Source of the DNA: an uncultured Actinomycetes bacterium
Lineage (GTDB): Bacteria; Actinomycetota; Thermoleophilia; UBA2241
Reading direction: 5' to 3'
Length of the DNA: 64,000 bases
NCBI GenBank assembly: GCA_963709345.1
Contig: CAVPVX010000011.1
Span: 256,001 to 320,000 of the forward strand
Shown: one piece after another, positions 26,833 to 37,885 of the stretch
Layout: every line of letters starts with the position of its first letter
Position numbering within the stretch: the first letter of the stretch is position 1
Made by a program: the position numbers and the translations under genes
Notes under the pieces: model-generated
The model's database searches: none
Seen by the model: only the letters and a program-made list of their open reading frames with translations
What the model was told of the DNA's origin: nothing

Positions 26833-29800
26833 ATGGCCGCCGACTTCGTCCATCTCCACGTGCACAGCGAGTACTCGCTGCTCGACGGCGCCTGCCGTGT
26901 GAAGAGCCTCGTCCACAGGGCCAAGGAGCTGGGGATGCCGGCCGTCGCGCTCACCGACCACGGCACGCTGGGCGGCGTCGTCAAGTTCTACAACGCCGCC
27001 CGGGAAGAAGGCATCAAGCCGATCATCGGCCTCGAGCTCTACGTCGCGACCGACCGGCGCTCCCGCGCCGGCGTCAAGGAGAAGAACGCCCACCTCACGC
27101 TGCTCGCCCGTGACGAGACCGGGTACCGCAACCTCGTCAAGCTCTCCACTCACGCGTACCTCGAGGGCTACTACTACAAGCCGCGCGCCGACTGGGAGTT
27201 GCTCGAGCAGTACCACGACGGTCTGATCGCGCTCACCGGTTGTATGAGCGGCAAGGCGTCGCAGTTGCTCCGCGACGGCAACGACGAGGCCGCGCTGGCC
27301 GAGGTGCGGCGACTGGCCGACCTCCTCGGCCCTGAGAACGTTTACGTCGAGCTGCAGGACGCCGGCCTGCCCGAGCAGCGCGAACTGCTGCCCAAGCTGG
27401 CGCAGCTCGCCGAGCAGGCCGGTCTGCGCACGGTCGCGACCAACGACGTGCACTACCTCCGTCACGAGGACGCTCACGCGCACGACGCCCTGCTCTGCAT
27501 CCAGACGCAGAGCAACCTCTCCGATGAGGTGCGCATGCGCTACGGCAGCGACGAGTTCTACCTCAAGTCGCCGGAGGAGATGGAAGAGCGTTTCAAGGAC
27601 TACCCGGGCGCGTGCTCCGCGACGGTGGAGATCGCCGAGCGCTGTGACTTGAGCCTCGACTTCGGCGACTACAAGCTGCCGACGTACCCGGTGCCCGAGG
27701 GCACTACCGAGGCGGCGCACCTGCACGCGCTGTGCGAGCACGGGCTCGTGAAGCGCTACGGCGCCGAGCCCTCGGCCGAGGCGCGCGAGCGCCTCGACTT
27801 CGAGCTCGGCGTCATCGGCGAGATGGGCTTCGACGCGTACTTCCTCATCGTCTGGGACTACGTCAAGTACGCCAAGGACAACGGCATCGCCGTCGGACCC
27901 GGCCGTGGGTCGGCCGCCGGGTCCATCGTCAGCTATGCGCTCGGCATCACCGACATCGACCCCCTGAAGTACGACCTGCTCTTCGAGCGCTTTCTCAACC
28001 CGGGGCGCAAGAGCATGCCCGACATCGACATGGACTTCAGCGTGGAGCGTCGCGAGGAAGTGATCGCGTACGTGGCCGAGAAGTACGGTCGCGACCGGGT
28101 CGCCCAGATCATCACGTTCGGCACCATGGCGGCGCGCGCGGCCGTTCGCGACGCCGCCCGGGTCATGGGTCTGCCGTACGCCGTCGGCGACAAGATCGCC
28201 AAGATGATCCCCGAGCAGGCGCCGCCGGCGACCTTCGCGCAAGCGATGCATTCCGGCAGCGAGCTCAAGCAGGCCTGCGACGCCGACGAGCAGGTCAGGG
28301 AGGTCGTCGACCTCGCGATGAGCCTCGAGGGCCTCATCCGCAACGAATCAATCCACGCCGCCGCGGTGGTGATCAGCGACAAGCCGCTCACCGAGTATCT
28401 GCCGCTGCAGCAGAAGGGCGAGGCCGAGCTCGTCACGCAGTTCGACATGAACGACGTCTCCAGGCTCGGCCTGCTCAAGATGGACTTCCTCGGGCTGCGA
28501 AACCTCGACGTCATCGAGGCTGCGCTCGCGATCATCGAGAAGACACGCGGCGTCTGCATCGAGATAGACCAACTGCCGCTGGACGACGCGAAGACGTACA
28601 CGATGCTGCAGCGCGGCGACTCCATCGGCGTGTTCCAGTTCGAGAGCCCCGGCATGAAGGAGGCGCTCCGCGACGTGGGCCCCACGCAGTTCGAGGACCT
28701 CATCGCCATCGTCGCCCTCTACCGGCCGGGGCCGATGCAGTACATCCCGACGTATGCGCGCAACAAGAAGAACCCGGCCTCGGTCGTCTACGACCACGAG
28801 GCTCTGCGCCCCATCCTGGAGCCGACCCACGGCGTGACCATCTACCAGGAGCAGTACATGGCCATCGCCCGGCGCGTCGGCGGCTTCACGCCGGCTCAGG
28901 CCGACGACCTGCGCAAGGCCATCAGCAAGAAGAACCACCAGCTGATGGCCACCCTCAAGGAGCCGCTGCTGGAAGGGCTGGAGAGGAGCGGCGTGCCGCC
29001 GGCCGTCGCCACCAGGCTCTGGTCGAGCTTCGAGGCCACCGGCGACTACTCGTTCAACAAGAGCCACGCCGCCTGCTACGCGATGATCAGCTACCGCACC
29101 GCCTGGCTGAAGGCGAACTATCCGGTCGAGTACATGGCCGCGCTCATCAGCAGCGTCATGAACACCAAGGACAAGGTGCCGTTCTACGTCAACCAGTGCC
29201 ACGAGATGGGCCTCGATGTCCTGCCGCCGGACGTCAACGAGAGCGATGTCGGCTTCACGGTCGTCGAGGACAAGATCCGCTTCGGCCTCAACGCCGTCAA
29301 GGGCGTCGGTGTGGGAGCGATCGAGGCGATCATCTCCGCCCGCGCCGGCGGGCCGTTCACATCCGTCTTCGACTTCTGCGGCCGCGTCGACTCGCAGCTC
29401 GCCAACAAGCGCACGCTGGAGGCGCTGATCAAGAGCGGCGCCTTCGACAGCACCGGCGATCCGCGCCGGGGCATGCTCGAGGCGCTGCCGCTGGCGATGT
29501 CGGACGGCGAGCGCCGCCGCAAGGACGCAGCGCGCGGGCAGGGTGGGCTCTTCGATCTCGTGCCGCCCGACGACGGCGGCCACCCCGCGCCGACGGTGCC
29601 GCGGGGCGAGTGGAATCAGGCGACGCTGCTCAAGGCCGAGAAGGAGGCCCTCGGCCTGTACGTCTCGGCCCACCCGCTGCAGGGTCTGCGCGATCAGTTG
29701 CGCGACGAGATCGAAGTCCCCGTCGGCGCTCTCGACGACAGCGGCGACGGCGCCGTCCTCTGGACCGGCGGCATCGTCGCGAGCGCCCAGAAGCGCGTCA

Positions 29801-30243
29801 GCAAGAACGGCGGCGTGTGGCTCTCGTTCCGTCTTGAAGACGTTGACGGCGGCATCGAGTGCCGTGCCTGGCCCAAAGTGTACGAGCAGTACCGCGACGA
29901 ACTGGTCGAAGACGGGATCATCAAGGTCAAGGGCAGGATCGAGCGCCGCAACGAGGGTGAAAGCATGCTCGCCGTGATCGAGGTCGTGCCCTTCAACGGC
30001 GTCAGCGAATACCATCCTCTCACGGTGGTCATCGACGCCGGCTGCGTGCCGGCGGACGTGATCGACGATCTCCACCGCGTACTCTCGGACTTTCCCGGCC
30101 AGGTGCCGGTGGTGCTGCAGATGGTCCGTGGCGACGAGCGCGCCAGGCTGCGGGTCGGCGATGGTCTGCGCGTGGACCCGGTCGCCGGTCTGTACGCCGA
30201 GCTCAAGGCGCTGCTCGGCGAGAGCTGTATCGGGGTCGGCTGA
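26833..30243 (+). CDS. dnaE: DNA polymerase III alpha subunit
   Basis: FVHLHVHSEYSLLDG (PHP), GRGSAAGS, PDIDMDF, KMDFLGLRNL, FNKSH, OB-fold C-terminus; TAGAAT box at 26817. Confidence 0.97.
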   Translation: MAADFVHLHVHSEYSLLDGACRVKSLVHRAKELGMPAVALTDHGTLGGVVKFYNAAREEGIKPIIGLELYVATDRRSRAGVKEKNAHLTLLARDETGYRNLVKLSTHAYLEGYYYKPRADWELLEQYHDGLIALTGCMSGKASQLLRDGNDEAALAEVRRLADLLGPENVYVELQDAGLPEQRELLPKLAQLAEQAGLRTVATNDVHYLRHEDAHAHDALLCIQTQSNLSDEVRMRYGSDEFYLKSPEEMEERFKDYPGACSATVEIAERCDLSLDFGDYKLPTYPVPEGTTEAAHLHALCEHGLVKRYGAEPSAEARERLDFELGVIGEMGFDAYFLIVWDYVKYAKDNGIAVGPGRGSAAGSIVSYALGITDIDPLKYDLLFERFLNPGRKSMPDIDMDFSVERREEVIAYVAEKYGRDRVAQIITFGTMAARAAVRDAARVMGLPYAVGDKIAKMIPEQAPPATFAQAMHSGSELKQACDADEQVREVVDLAMSLEGLIRNESIHAAAVVISDKPLTEYLPLQQKGEAELVTQFDMNDVSRLGLLKMDFLGLRNLDVIEAALAIIEKTRGVCIEIDQLPLDDAKTYTMLQRGDSIGVFQFESPGMKEALRDVGPTQFEDLIAIVALYRPGPMQYIPTYARNKKNPASVVYDHEALRPILEPTHGVTIYQEQYMAIARRVGGFTPAQADDLRKAISKKNHQLMATLKEPLLEGLERSGVPPAVATRLWSSFEATGDYSFNKSHAACYAMISYRTAWLKANYPVEYMAALISSVMNTKDKVPFYVNQCHEMGLDVLPPDVNESDVGFTVVEDKIRFGLNAVKGVGVGAIEAIISARAGGPFTSVFDFCGRVDSQLANKRTLEALIKSGAFDSTGDPRRGMLEALPLAMSDGERRRKDAARGQGGLFDLVPPDDGGHPAPTVPRGEWNQATLLKAEKEALGLYVSAHPLQGLRDQLRDEIEVPVGALDDSGDGAVLWTGGIVASAQKRVSKNGGVWLSFRLEDVDGGIECRAWPKVYEQYRDELVEDGIIKVKGRIERRNEGESMLAVIEVVPFNGVSEYHPLTVVIDAGCVPADVIDDLHRVLSDFPGQVPVVLQMVRGDERARLRVGDGLRVDPVAGLYAELKALLGESCIGVG

Positions 30244-30273
30244 GGCCGACCGTCACGACGGGGGAGAGGGCCC

Positions 30274-31473
30274 ATGATCCCTGAAGGCATGCGCGACGTG
30301 CTGCCGCCCGAGATGGGTCGCCTGCGCGCCGTCGAGACGGCGCTGTGCGGCCGCTTCGAGGCGTACGGGTACGGTGAGGTTCGCACGCCCTGGCTCGAGT
30401 TCGCGAAGTCCTTCGCCGTCGTGGACGACGACACGCTGGCGGCGGGGTACCGGCTGCACGGCGAGCAGGGGCACGAGCTCATGGTGCGCACCGACATGAC
30501 GGCGCCGGTCGCGCGTCTTGCGGCGGAGCGCTGTGACGACGAGCCGCTGCCGCTGCGCTTCTTCTACGTCGCGCCCTGCATCCGCCCTTGGGCGCCGCAG
30601 CGCGGGCAGGACGGCGAGTTCATGCAGGCGGGCGCCGAGCTCCTCGGTCTCGACTCGGCGGCCGCCGACGCCGAGTGCGTGACGCTGCTCTGCGACGCGC
30701 TCTCGTCGTTGGGTCTGCGCGAGTTCAAGATCACCCTCGGCAGCGTCGCCTTCCAGCGAGCGCTCATCGAGTCTCTCGGCCTCGACCCGGCCGACCGCGA
30801 GGATCTCATCGAGGCGCTCGCCGACCGCGACTATCCGCTGGTCGAGAGCATCGCCGCCAACGCCGGGCTCGGGCACGACGCGCTCGGAGCCTTGTGGCGG
30901 ACGCTCGAGCTCAGCGGCGTCGACGACAGCCTGGCGCAGGCGCGCAAGCTGGCGCGGAGCGACACGGCCGACGCGGCCATCGCGCGGCTCGTCGCGGTGC
31001 GCGACCTCGTCGGCGAGGCGGGGTTCGGCGCCGAGCTGGCCTTCGACTTCGGGCTCATGCACGACCTCACGTACTACTCCGGCCTCATCTTCGAGGCGTA
31101 CGCTCCTCGTGTGGGGCTGCCGGTCGCGACCGGTGGCCGCTACGACCATCTCGTCCAGCGCTTCGGCTGGGACGTCCCCGGCGTGGGCTTCGCGATCGCC
31201 GTGGACCGGCTCGTCGACGCGCTGGACGAAGCCGGGCTGGCGCCGGTGGCGCCGCCGCCGGCGCTCGCCTTCGTCGGGGGTCTCGAGGAGCCGGCGCGGG
31301 CCGCCGAGCTTCGTCGCGCCGGTGTCGGTGTCCGCGCCCTGCCGGAGGGCGCGGCCGATCCGGCGCCGCCGCGGCTACGGCGGCGCGGCGGCAGCTACGA
31401 GCTCGAGCTGGCCGACGGGCGGACCGTCGGCGGGAGCTGGCGCGACGTTCGGCGCGCCTTGGGGTCGCAGTGA
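30274..31473 (+). CDS. hisZ: ATP phosphoribosyltransferase regulatory subunit
   Basis: IPEGMRD, RTDMTAPVAR, QAGAEL, YYSGLIFE, GGRYD, GFA; first gene of the his operon. Confidence 0.92.
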   Translation: MIPEGMRDVLPPEMGRLRAVETALCGRFEAYGYGEVRTPWLEFAKSFAVVDDDTLAAGYRLHGEQGHELMVRTDMTAPVARLAAERCDDEPLPLRFFYVAPCIRPWAPQRGQDGEFMQAGAELLGLDSAAADAECVTLLCDALSSLGLREFKITLGSVAFQRALIESLGLDPADREDLIEALADRDYPLVESIAANAGLGHDALGALWRTLELSGVDDSLAQARKLARSDTADAAIARLVAVRDLVGEAGFGAELAFDFGLMHDLTYYSGLIFEAYAPRVGLPVATGGRYDHLVQRFGWDVPGVGFAIAVDRLVDALDEAGLAPVAPPPALAFVGGLEEPARAAELRRAGVGVRALPEGAADPAPPRLRRRGGSYELELADGRTVGGSWRDVRRALGSQ

Positions 31474-32093
31474 GGATCGGCGTCGCCTGTGGCCCGGCGC
31501 CCCTGCCGGCCGAGCTTCTCGATCTGCTCGGGGCCGCCGGGCTGCCTGTAGCCCCACTGCGTGGCACGTTGCCGCCCGCGTTGCTCACGGCGGTCGACAC
31601 GACGTGGCTCCTCGCGTCCGGCGCCGACGTGCTGCGCGCTTGCGACCGGGCGGCCGTCGACCTCGGCGTCGTGGGCAAGCTCGAACTGCTCGAGTCGCGG
31701 CACGAGGTCAGCGAGCTTCTCGACCTCGGGTGCTGCCGCGACGCCTTGGTGTACGCGGCCCTCTTCGGCGCTGAGCCGGGCCGCGCGCTCCGCATCGCCA
31801 CGAGTCACCCGGTAAGCGCACGCGGGTACTTCGCCGCAGCCGGCCGCCAGGTGGCGATAGTCGTGATGGACGAACCGGCGCTCGCGCTGGGGCTGGGTCT
31901 GGCCGACGGGGTCGTCGCGCTGCAGAGCCATCTCGCCGCTCCCGTGCCCGGGGCAGACGGCGCGCTCGAGATCCGCGACCAGGTCGCGGCATGCAGCGCG
32001 CGGCTCGTGGCCGGGCGCGCCGGTCGCGCCCTTCTCGGCGCACGCCTCGGCGACCTGCTCGAACGGCTGCGCGACGTGATGGAGGGCGCATGA
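31470..32093 (+). CDS. hisG: short-form ATP phosphoribosyltransferase homolog with degenerate active-site motifs
   Basis: DLGVVGK..LLE..ELLDLG, LRIAT, GLAD, SARLV match HisGs; position between hisZ and hisD. Confidence 0.75.
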   Translation: MRIGVACGPAPLPAELLDLLGAAGLPVAPLRGTLPPALLTAVDTTWLLASGADVLRACDRAAVDLGVVGKLELLESRHEVSELLDLGCCRDALVYAALFGAEPGRALRIATSHPVSARGYFAAAGRQVAIVVMDEPALALGLGLADGVVALQSHLAAPVPGADGALEIRDQVAACSARLVAGRAGRALLGARLGDLLERLRDVMEGA

Positions 32094-33349
32094 GGCGACT
32101 GAACTGGAACGACGACGTCGGGGAACTGGTGGCCGCGCTGCGCGCCCTGGCTCCGCCGCCCGACCAGGTGCGCGAGGCGGTCGAGGCGATCGTTGCCGAC
32201 GTGCGCGCGCTCGGCGACGACGCGGTACGGGCGCACACCGCGCGCCTGGATCGCGTCGAGCTCCCCGCGGCGTACGGCGTCTCGCCGGGGGAGCTCACCG
32301 CGCGGCTCGACGCTCTCACCCCCGAGCTGCGCGCGGCGCTCGAGCTGGCGGCCGCCAACGTGCGCGCCTATCACGAGCGCGAGGCCGTGGTCTCCTGGCG
32401 CGAGACGCTGCCGCAGGGCCAGGTCGTCGGCCAGGAGATCGTGCCGCTCGCCGTCGCCGGGCTGTACGTGCCCGGTGGTCTCGCCGACTACCCCTCCTCC
32501 GTGCTCATGACGGCGATCCCCGCGCAGGTCGCCGGTGTGGAGCGCGTCGTCGTCTGCTCGCCGCCGCGCCCGGGCGGCGGCGCGGCCGCCGGCGTCGCCG
32601 CCGCGTGCGCGCTGCTCGGGATCGAGCATCTCTTCCCGATCGGCGGCGCGCAGGCCGTCGCCGCCATGGCGCTGGGCACGAGCGTCGTCCCGCGCTGCGA
32701 CGTCATCGTCGGTCCCGGCAACGCGTACGTCACCGAAGCCAAGCGCCGGCTGGTCGGCGAGGTCGGCATCGACAGCCTCGCCGGCCCGAGCGAGGTCCTC
32801 ATCATCGCCGACGAGAGCGGTGTGCCGGCCTGGCTGGCGGCCGATCTGCTCGCCCAGGCCGAGCACGGCTCGGGGGCTATGGCGTGCCTCGTCGACGTCG
32901 GCGGCACGCTCGCCGGCCCCGTTGCCGCCGAGTGCGAGCGTCTCTCGGGCGAACTCGGCATCGCCCTCGACAATGTCGTCATCGTCGCCTGTCCGGATCG
33001 CGCCGCCGCGCTCGCGTTCGGCAACGCCTTCGCGCCCGAGCACCTCGAGCTGCACTGCGCGGATGCGGCCGCTCTCGTCCCCGGCGTGCGCAACGCCGGC
33101 GCCGTCTTCGTGGGGCCGCATGCGGCGACGGCCTTCGCCGACTACGCCGCCGGCAGCAACCACGTGCTGCCCACCGGCGGCTCCGCCCGCTTCGCCCAGG
33201 GGCTCTCAACCGATGCTTTCCGCAAACGCATGGCTGTGGTAGAACTCGACGGTCCCGCCGCAGCCGCCCTCGCTCCGGCGGTGGCGGCGATCGCCGACGA
33301 AGAGGGCCTGCGCGCCCACGCGCGCTCGGCCCGACTCCACGCCCAGTGA
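32090..33349 (+). CDS. hisD: histidinol dehydrogenase
   Basis: GLYVPGG, GPGNAYV, AGPSE, LLAQAEH, APEHLEL, NHVLPT. Confidence 0.95.
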   Translation: MRRLNWNDDVGELVAALRALAPPPDQVREAVEAIVADVRALGDDAVRAHTARLDRVELPAAYGVSPGELTARLDALTPELRAALELAAANVRAYHEREAVVSWRETLPQGQVVGQEIVPLAVAGLYVPGGLADYPSSVLMTAIPAQVAGVERVVVCSPPRPGGGAAAGVAAACALLGIEHLFPIGGAQAVAAMALGTSVVPRCDVIVGPGNAYVTEAKRRLVGEVGIDSLAGPSEVLIIADESGVPAWLAADLLAQAEHGSGAMACLVDVGGTLAGPVAAECERLSGELGIALDNVVIVACPDRAAALAFGNAFAPEHLELHCADAAALVPGVRNAGAVFVGPHAATAFADYAAGSNHVLPTGGSARFAQGLSTDAFRKRMAVVELDGPAAAALAPAVAAIADEEGLRAHARSARLHAQ

Positions 33350-33359
33350 GGAGCCGCAC

Positions 33360-33950
33360 ATGACCGCGCGTCGCGCAACGGTACAGCGCACCACCAGCGA
33401 GACCGACATCGCCCTGACCCTCGTGGTCGATGGATCCGGGGCGGCTGAGGCGAGCACCGGCATCGGCTTCCTCGACCATATGCTCGAGCTCTTCGCTCAT
33501 CACGGCCGCTTCGACCTCAGCGTCAAGGCGAGCGGCGACCTCGACGTCGACGGCCACCACACCGTCGAAGACGTCGGTCTGGCGCTCGGAGAGGCGCTTC
33601 GCGAGGCGCTCGGCGACAAGCGCGGCATCCGTCGCTACGGGTCGTTCCTGCTGCCGATGGACGAGGCGCTCGCTCTGGTCGCGCTCGATCTCTCGGGCCG
33701 GCCGTTCTTCGCGCACGACCTGCAGCTTGCCGGCGTGCGCCTCGGCGCCTTCGACGCAGAGCTCACGGCTCACTTCCTGCGCTCGCTGGCGACGCAGAGC
33801 GGCATGACGCTGCACGTGCGCCTTCTCGCCGGCAGCGACGGCCACCACATCGTCGAGGCCGTCTTCAAGGCATTCGCGCGGGCGCTCTCCGAGGCGTGCG
33901 AGCGGCACGGGCGCGACGACGCGGTGCCGTCGACCAAGGGCACGCTCTGA
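33360..33950 (+). CDS. hisB: imidazoleglycerol-phosphate dehydratase
   Basis: FLDHML, DGHHTVED, PMDE, HHIVEAVFK, PSTKG. Confidence 0.95.
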   Translation: MTARRATVQRTTSETDIALTLVVDGSGAAEASTGIGFLDHMLELFAHHGRFDLSVKASGDLDVDGHHTVEDVGLALGEALREALGDKRGIRRYGSFLLPMDEALALVALDLSGRPFFAHDLQLAGVRLGAFDAELTAHFLRSLATQSGMTLHVRLLAGSDGHHIVEAVFKAFARALSEACERHGRDDAVPSTKGTL

Positions 33951-33955
33951 CGCTC

Positions 33956-34600
33956 GTGTCGCAGCCCGGGCCGCGCATCGCCGTGGTCGACTACGGCATG
34001 GGCAACCTGGCCAGCGTGGCGAAGGCGCTCGAACGCAGCGGCGCCGACGTGCGCGTCACGCAGAGCGTCGCCGCGGTGCGCGACGCCGCCGGCGTCGTGC
34101 TGCCTGGCGTCGGCGCCTTCCGTGACGCGGTCGCGCGTCTGGAGAACGGGGGGCTTGGAACCGCCGTCGTCGAGCGCATCGCCGCCGGCACGCCGTTCCT
34201 CGGCGTCTGCCTCGGGCTGCAGCTTCTCTTCGAGAGCAGCGGCGAGGGAGGCCGTCGTCCCGGCCTCGGCGTGCTCCCGGGCACCGTCGAGCGTCTGGAG
34301 ACCGATCTCAAGGTGCCGCACATCGGCTGGAACGATCTCGAGTGGGGACCGGCCGGCGCGGGCATGGCCCGCTGGGTGCCGGCCCCCGCGACCGTCTACT
34401 TCGTGCATTCGTACGCGGCCGTCCCGGCCGATCCCGCGATCGTCGCCGCGACTACCGACTACGGCGGGACGGTCGTCGCGGCGGTGGCGCGGGACAACGT
34501 CTGGGCGGTACAGTTCCACCCGGAGAAGAGCTCGAGCGTCGGGCTGTCGCTGCTGGCCGCCTTCGTCGCCAACGTCCACCGGGAGGCGCACTCCTCATGA
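33956..34600 (+). CDS. hisH: IGP synthase glutaminase subunit
   Basis: DYGMGNL, LPGVG, GVCLG, PHIGWN, YFVHSY, QFHPEKS. Confidence 0.95.
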   Translation: MSQPGPRIAVVDYGMGNLASVAKALERSGADVRVTQSVAAVRDAAGVVLPGVGAFRDAVARLENGGLGTAVVERIAAGTPFLGVCLGLQLLFESSGEGGRRPGLGVLPGTVERLETDLKVPHIGWNDLEWGPAGAGMARWVPAPATVYFVHSYAAVPADPAIVAATTDYGGTVVAAVARDNVWAVQFHPEKSSSVGLSLLAAFVANVHREAHSS

Positions 34601-35322
34601 TCGTGTTCCCCGCCGTCGACATCCAGGCCGGCAAGGCTGTGCGGCTGCGACGCGGCGACTTCGACGACGTGACCGTGTTCAGCGACGACCCCGTCGATCT
34701 GGCCAGGTACTGGCAGGACCAGGGCGCCGAGGCGCTCCACGTGATCGACCTCGACGCCGCCCGCACCGGCGAGCTGCAGAACATCGCCATCGTCGAGCGC
34801 ATCGTCAAGGCGCTCGACATCCCCGTCCAGTACGGCGGCGGTGTCCGCGACGTCAAGGCTCTCGCCCTGACGGCGGGCATCGGCGTGCACTGGGTGATCA
34901 TGGGTACGGCCGCGGTCACGTCCTTGGATCTGCTCGACGACGCCGTCAAGTGGCTGGGCGAGCGTCTCGTCGTCGGGCTCGATTGCACCGACGGCATGGT
35001 CGCCACACACGGCTGGCAGGAGCGGTCCCAGATGAGCGCCATCCGCTTCTCGAAGACCCTCGTCGAGCACGGCGTCGGGCGCGTCATCTACACCGACACC
35101 GCCCGCGACGGCATGCTCGGTGGGCCCAACATCCCCGGGCTCAAGGATCTCGCGGAGGTCTCGCCGCTCGAGATCATCCTGGCCGGCGGCGTCGGCCTGC
35201 TCGACGACCTGCGCCGCCTCAAGCGCCTCGACGCGGCCACTGTGGTCGGCGTCATCGTCGGCATGGCGCTCTACGAGAAGTCCTTCACGCTCGCCGACGC
35301 CCAGACCGTCTTCGCCGGCTGA
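34597..35322 (+). CDS. hisA: ProFAR isomerase
   Basis: FPAVDIQAGKAVRL, LHVIDLD, GGGVR, TDTARDGMLGG. Confidence 0.93.
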   Translation: MIVFPAVDIQAGKAVRLRRGDFDDVTVFSDDPVDLARYWQDQGAEALHVIDLDAARTGELQNIAIVERIVKALDIPVQYGGGVRDVKALALTAGIGVHWVIMGTAAVTSLDLLDDAVKWLGERLVVGLDCTDGMVATHGWQERSQMSAIRFSKTLVEHGVGRVIYTDTARDGMLGGPNIPGLKDLAEVSPLEIILAGGVGLLDDLRRLKRLDAATVVGVIVGMALYEKSFTLADAQTVFAG

Positions 35323-35334
35323 CGGCGGCCACCG

Positions 35335-36164
<830 letters not shown>

Positions 36165-36168
<4 letters not shown>

Positions 36169-36878
36169 AGGCGACGCGCCGCATCGACCTCACCGGCGCA
36201 CACACCCCCGACGAGGGCGAGCTCGCCGATGCCGTCGCCGCCGCGCGTCTCGTGTGCTTTCCGACAGACACGGTGTATGGCATCGGCGGTCGCCTGACGC
36301 CGGCCGTTCGCGAGGCGGTGATCGCGGCGAAGGGGCGTGACGCGGGCAAGCCGCTCCAGGTGGTGTATGCGTCACTGGAGCTGCTCGAGGGGTCACTCGA
36401 TCTGGAGCCCCGGGTCCTCGGCGCGGTGCGCCGCCTCCTGCCGGGGCCGTTCACGCTCCTGGTGCCGTACCCGCCGGGGCTGAGCTTACCGCCGGCGGGC
36501 GAGGTCTTGCCGGCGCCGGCTTCGCCGGCTTCGCTCGCCTCTCCGGCGGCACCCACGCGCACGCTGGGCGTGCGCGTGCCCAAGTGGCCGCCCGCCGCGC
36601 GGGCGCTCGCGCGCCTGCCCTTCGCCCTGCTCGCCTCGAGCGCCAATCCGAGCGGGGCCGCGGCGCCGCGCTCGGTCGCGGTGGTCGACCCGGGCATCCT
36701 CGCCGCCTGCGACCTCCTTCTCGACGCCGGACCGGTGAGCGGAATCGCGTCTACGGTGGTCGATCTCAGCCACTACGCCCTTGACGGCCGTTGGCGCATC
36801 GTGCGCACGGGGGCCGTCGACGAAGAGGGTGTCGCCGGGCTTCTCGGCGGCGCCGGGGAGGAGCCGGAGTCATCATGA
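36165..36878 (+). CDS. tsaC: L-threonylcarbamoyladenylate synthase (Sua5/YrdC)
   Basis: [11 protein letters not shown]...KPL, PGPFT, GVRVP, SSANPSG, STVVD. Confidence 0.88.
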
Positions 36879-37768
36879 GGACGCTGCCGTTCTACCAGGT
36901 CGACGTGTTCACCGACCGCCCGTTCGCCGGCAACCCGCTGGCCGTCTTTCCCGAGGCCCAAGGCCTCACTGCCGTGCAGATGCAGGCCATCGCCAGCGAG
37001 ATGAACCTCTCCGAGACCACCTTCGTCCTGCCGCCGGAGGGCGACGGCGACGCGCGGGTGCGGATCTTCACGCCTGCCGTCGAGTTGCCGTTCGCCGGGC
37101 ACCCCAGTGTGGGTACGGCATGCGAGCTCGTGCGCCTGCGGCTCGTCGACGTGTACCAGCCGGTGACGACCGTGGTGCTCGAGCTCGACGTGGGCCCCAC
37201 CGTCGTCGAGGTGGCGGTGCGTGGCGGCGTTCCCGTCGCCGGCACGGTCCACCAGCGCGCACCCGTCTTCCACGCTCCGTCGCCGCGCGGCTCCGCCGCC
37301 GCCGCGCTCGGCCTCGACCTCGACGACCTGCACCCGGAGTTCGACCCCGTGCCGGTCGACACCGGCCTCTGCTACACGATCGTGCCGCTGGTCTCGCAGC
37401 GCGCGCTGGCGCGCGTCTCCATCAACCTCGAGCTGGCCGCCGACTTCGAGCGGCGCTACGCGGAGCTGTATCCCTGCGCGTTCACGGGGCAGGCCGACCC
37501 GTGGATCGAGGCGCGCGGCCTGTTCCCCTTCGTAGGCATCACCGAGGACCCGGCCACCGGCAGCGCCGCGGGACCGCTGGCCGCGTACATGGCCCGGGCG
37601 GGCATGCTGCCGCCGGGCGAGGAGCGCGTCGTTCTGCAGGGACAGCACATCGGCCGGCCCAGCTTCCTCACCGTCTCAGTCTCGGGTACGCGGGAGCACA
37701 TCGAGGACGTCCGCGTGGGCGGACGGGTGCACCCCGTGCTGAGGGGCGAGCTCTCGCTGCCGGACTGA
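36875..37768 (+). CDS. PhzF family isomerase/epimerase
   Basis: QVDVFT..FAGNPLAV, EMNLSET, ELPFAGHP, EDPATGSA. Confidence 0.92.
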   Translation: MRTLPFYQVDVFTDRPFAGNPLAVFPEAQGLTAVQMQAIASEMNLSETTFVLPPEGDGDARVRIFTPAVELPFAGHPSVGTACELVRLRLVDVYQPVTTVVLELDVGPTVVEVAVRGGVPVAGTVHQRAPVFHAPSPRGSAAAALGLDLDDLHPEFDPVPVDTGLCYTIVPLVSQRALARVSINLELAADFERRYAELYPCAFTGQADPWIEARGLFPFVGITEDPATGSAAGPLAAYMARAGMLPPGEERVVLQGQHIGRPSFLTVSVSGTREHIEDVRVGGRVHPVLRGELSLPD

Positions 37769-37774
37769 TACAAT
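37766..37774 (+). promoter_or_regulatory. extended -10 promoter (TGaTACAAT) for rpiB-glyA
   Basis: TGATACAAT overlapping the PhzF-like stop codon. Confidence 0.5.
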
Positions 37775-37885
37775 CAGCGGCCTGTACGAACAGGTCTCGG
37801 CGTCTCGCATCGGGCCGCGTCCCCGGGTGGCTTGCGACCCGTCGCGAGCGCACCCGCTCACTCCCCAGACCAGAAGGAGCATGTC

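Noticed and set aside
26833-30243. Intein or split in dnaE
   Set aside because: Length (about 1136 aa) and motifs are continuous with no insertion
36505-36555. Short 9-nt repeats encoding [12 protein letters not shown] in tsaC
   Set aside because: In-frame low-complexity loop insertion; catalytic motifs intact
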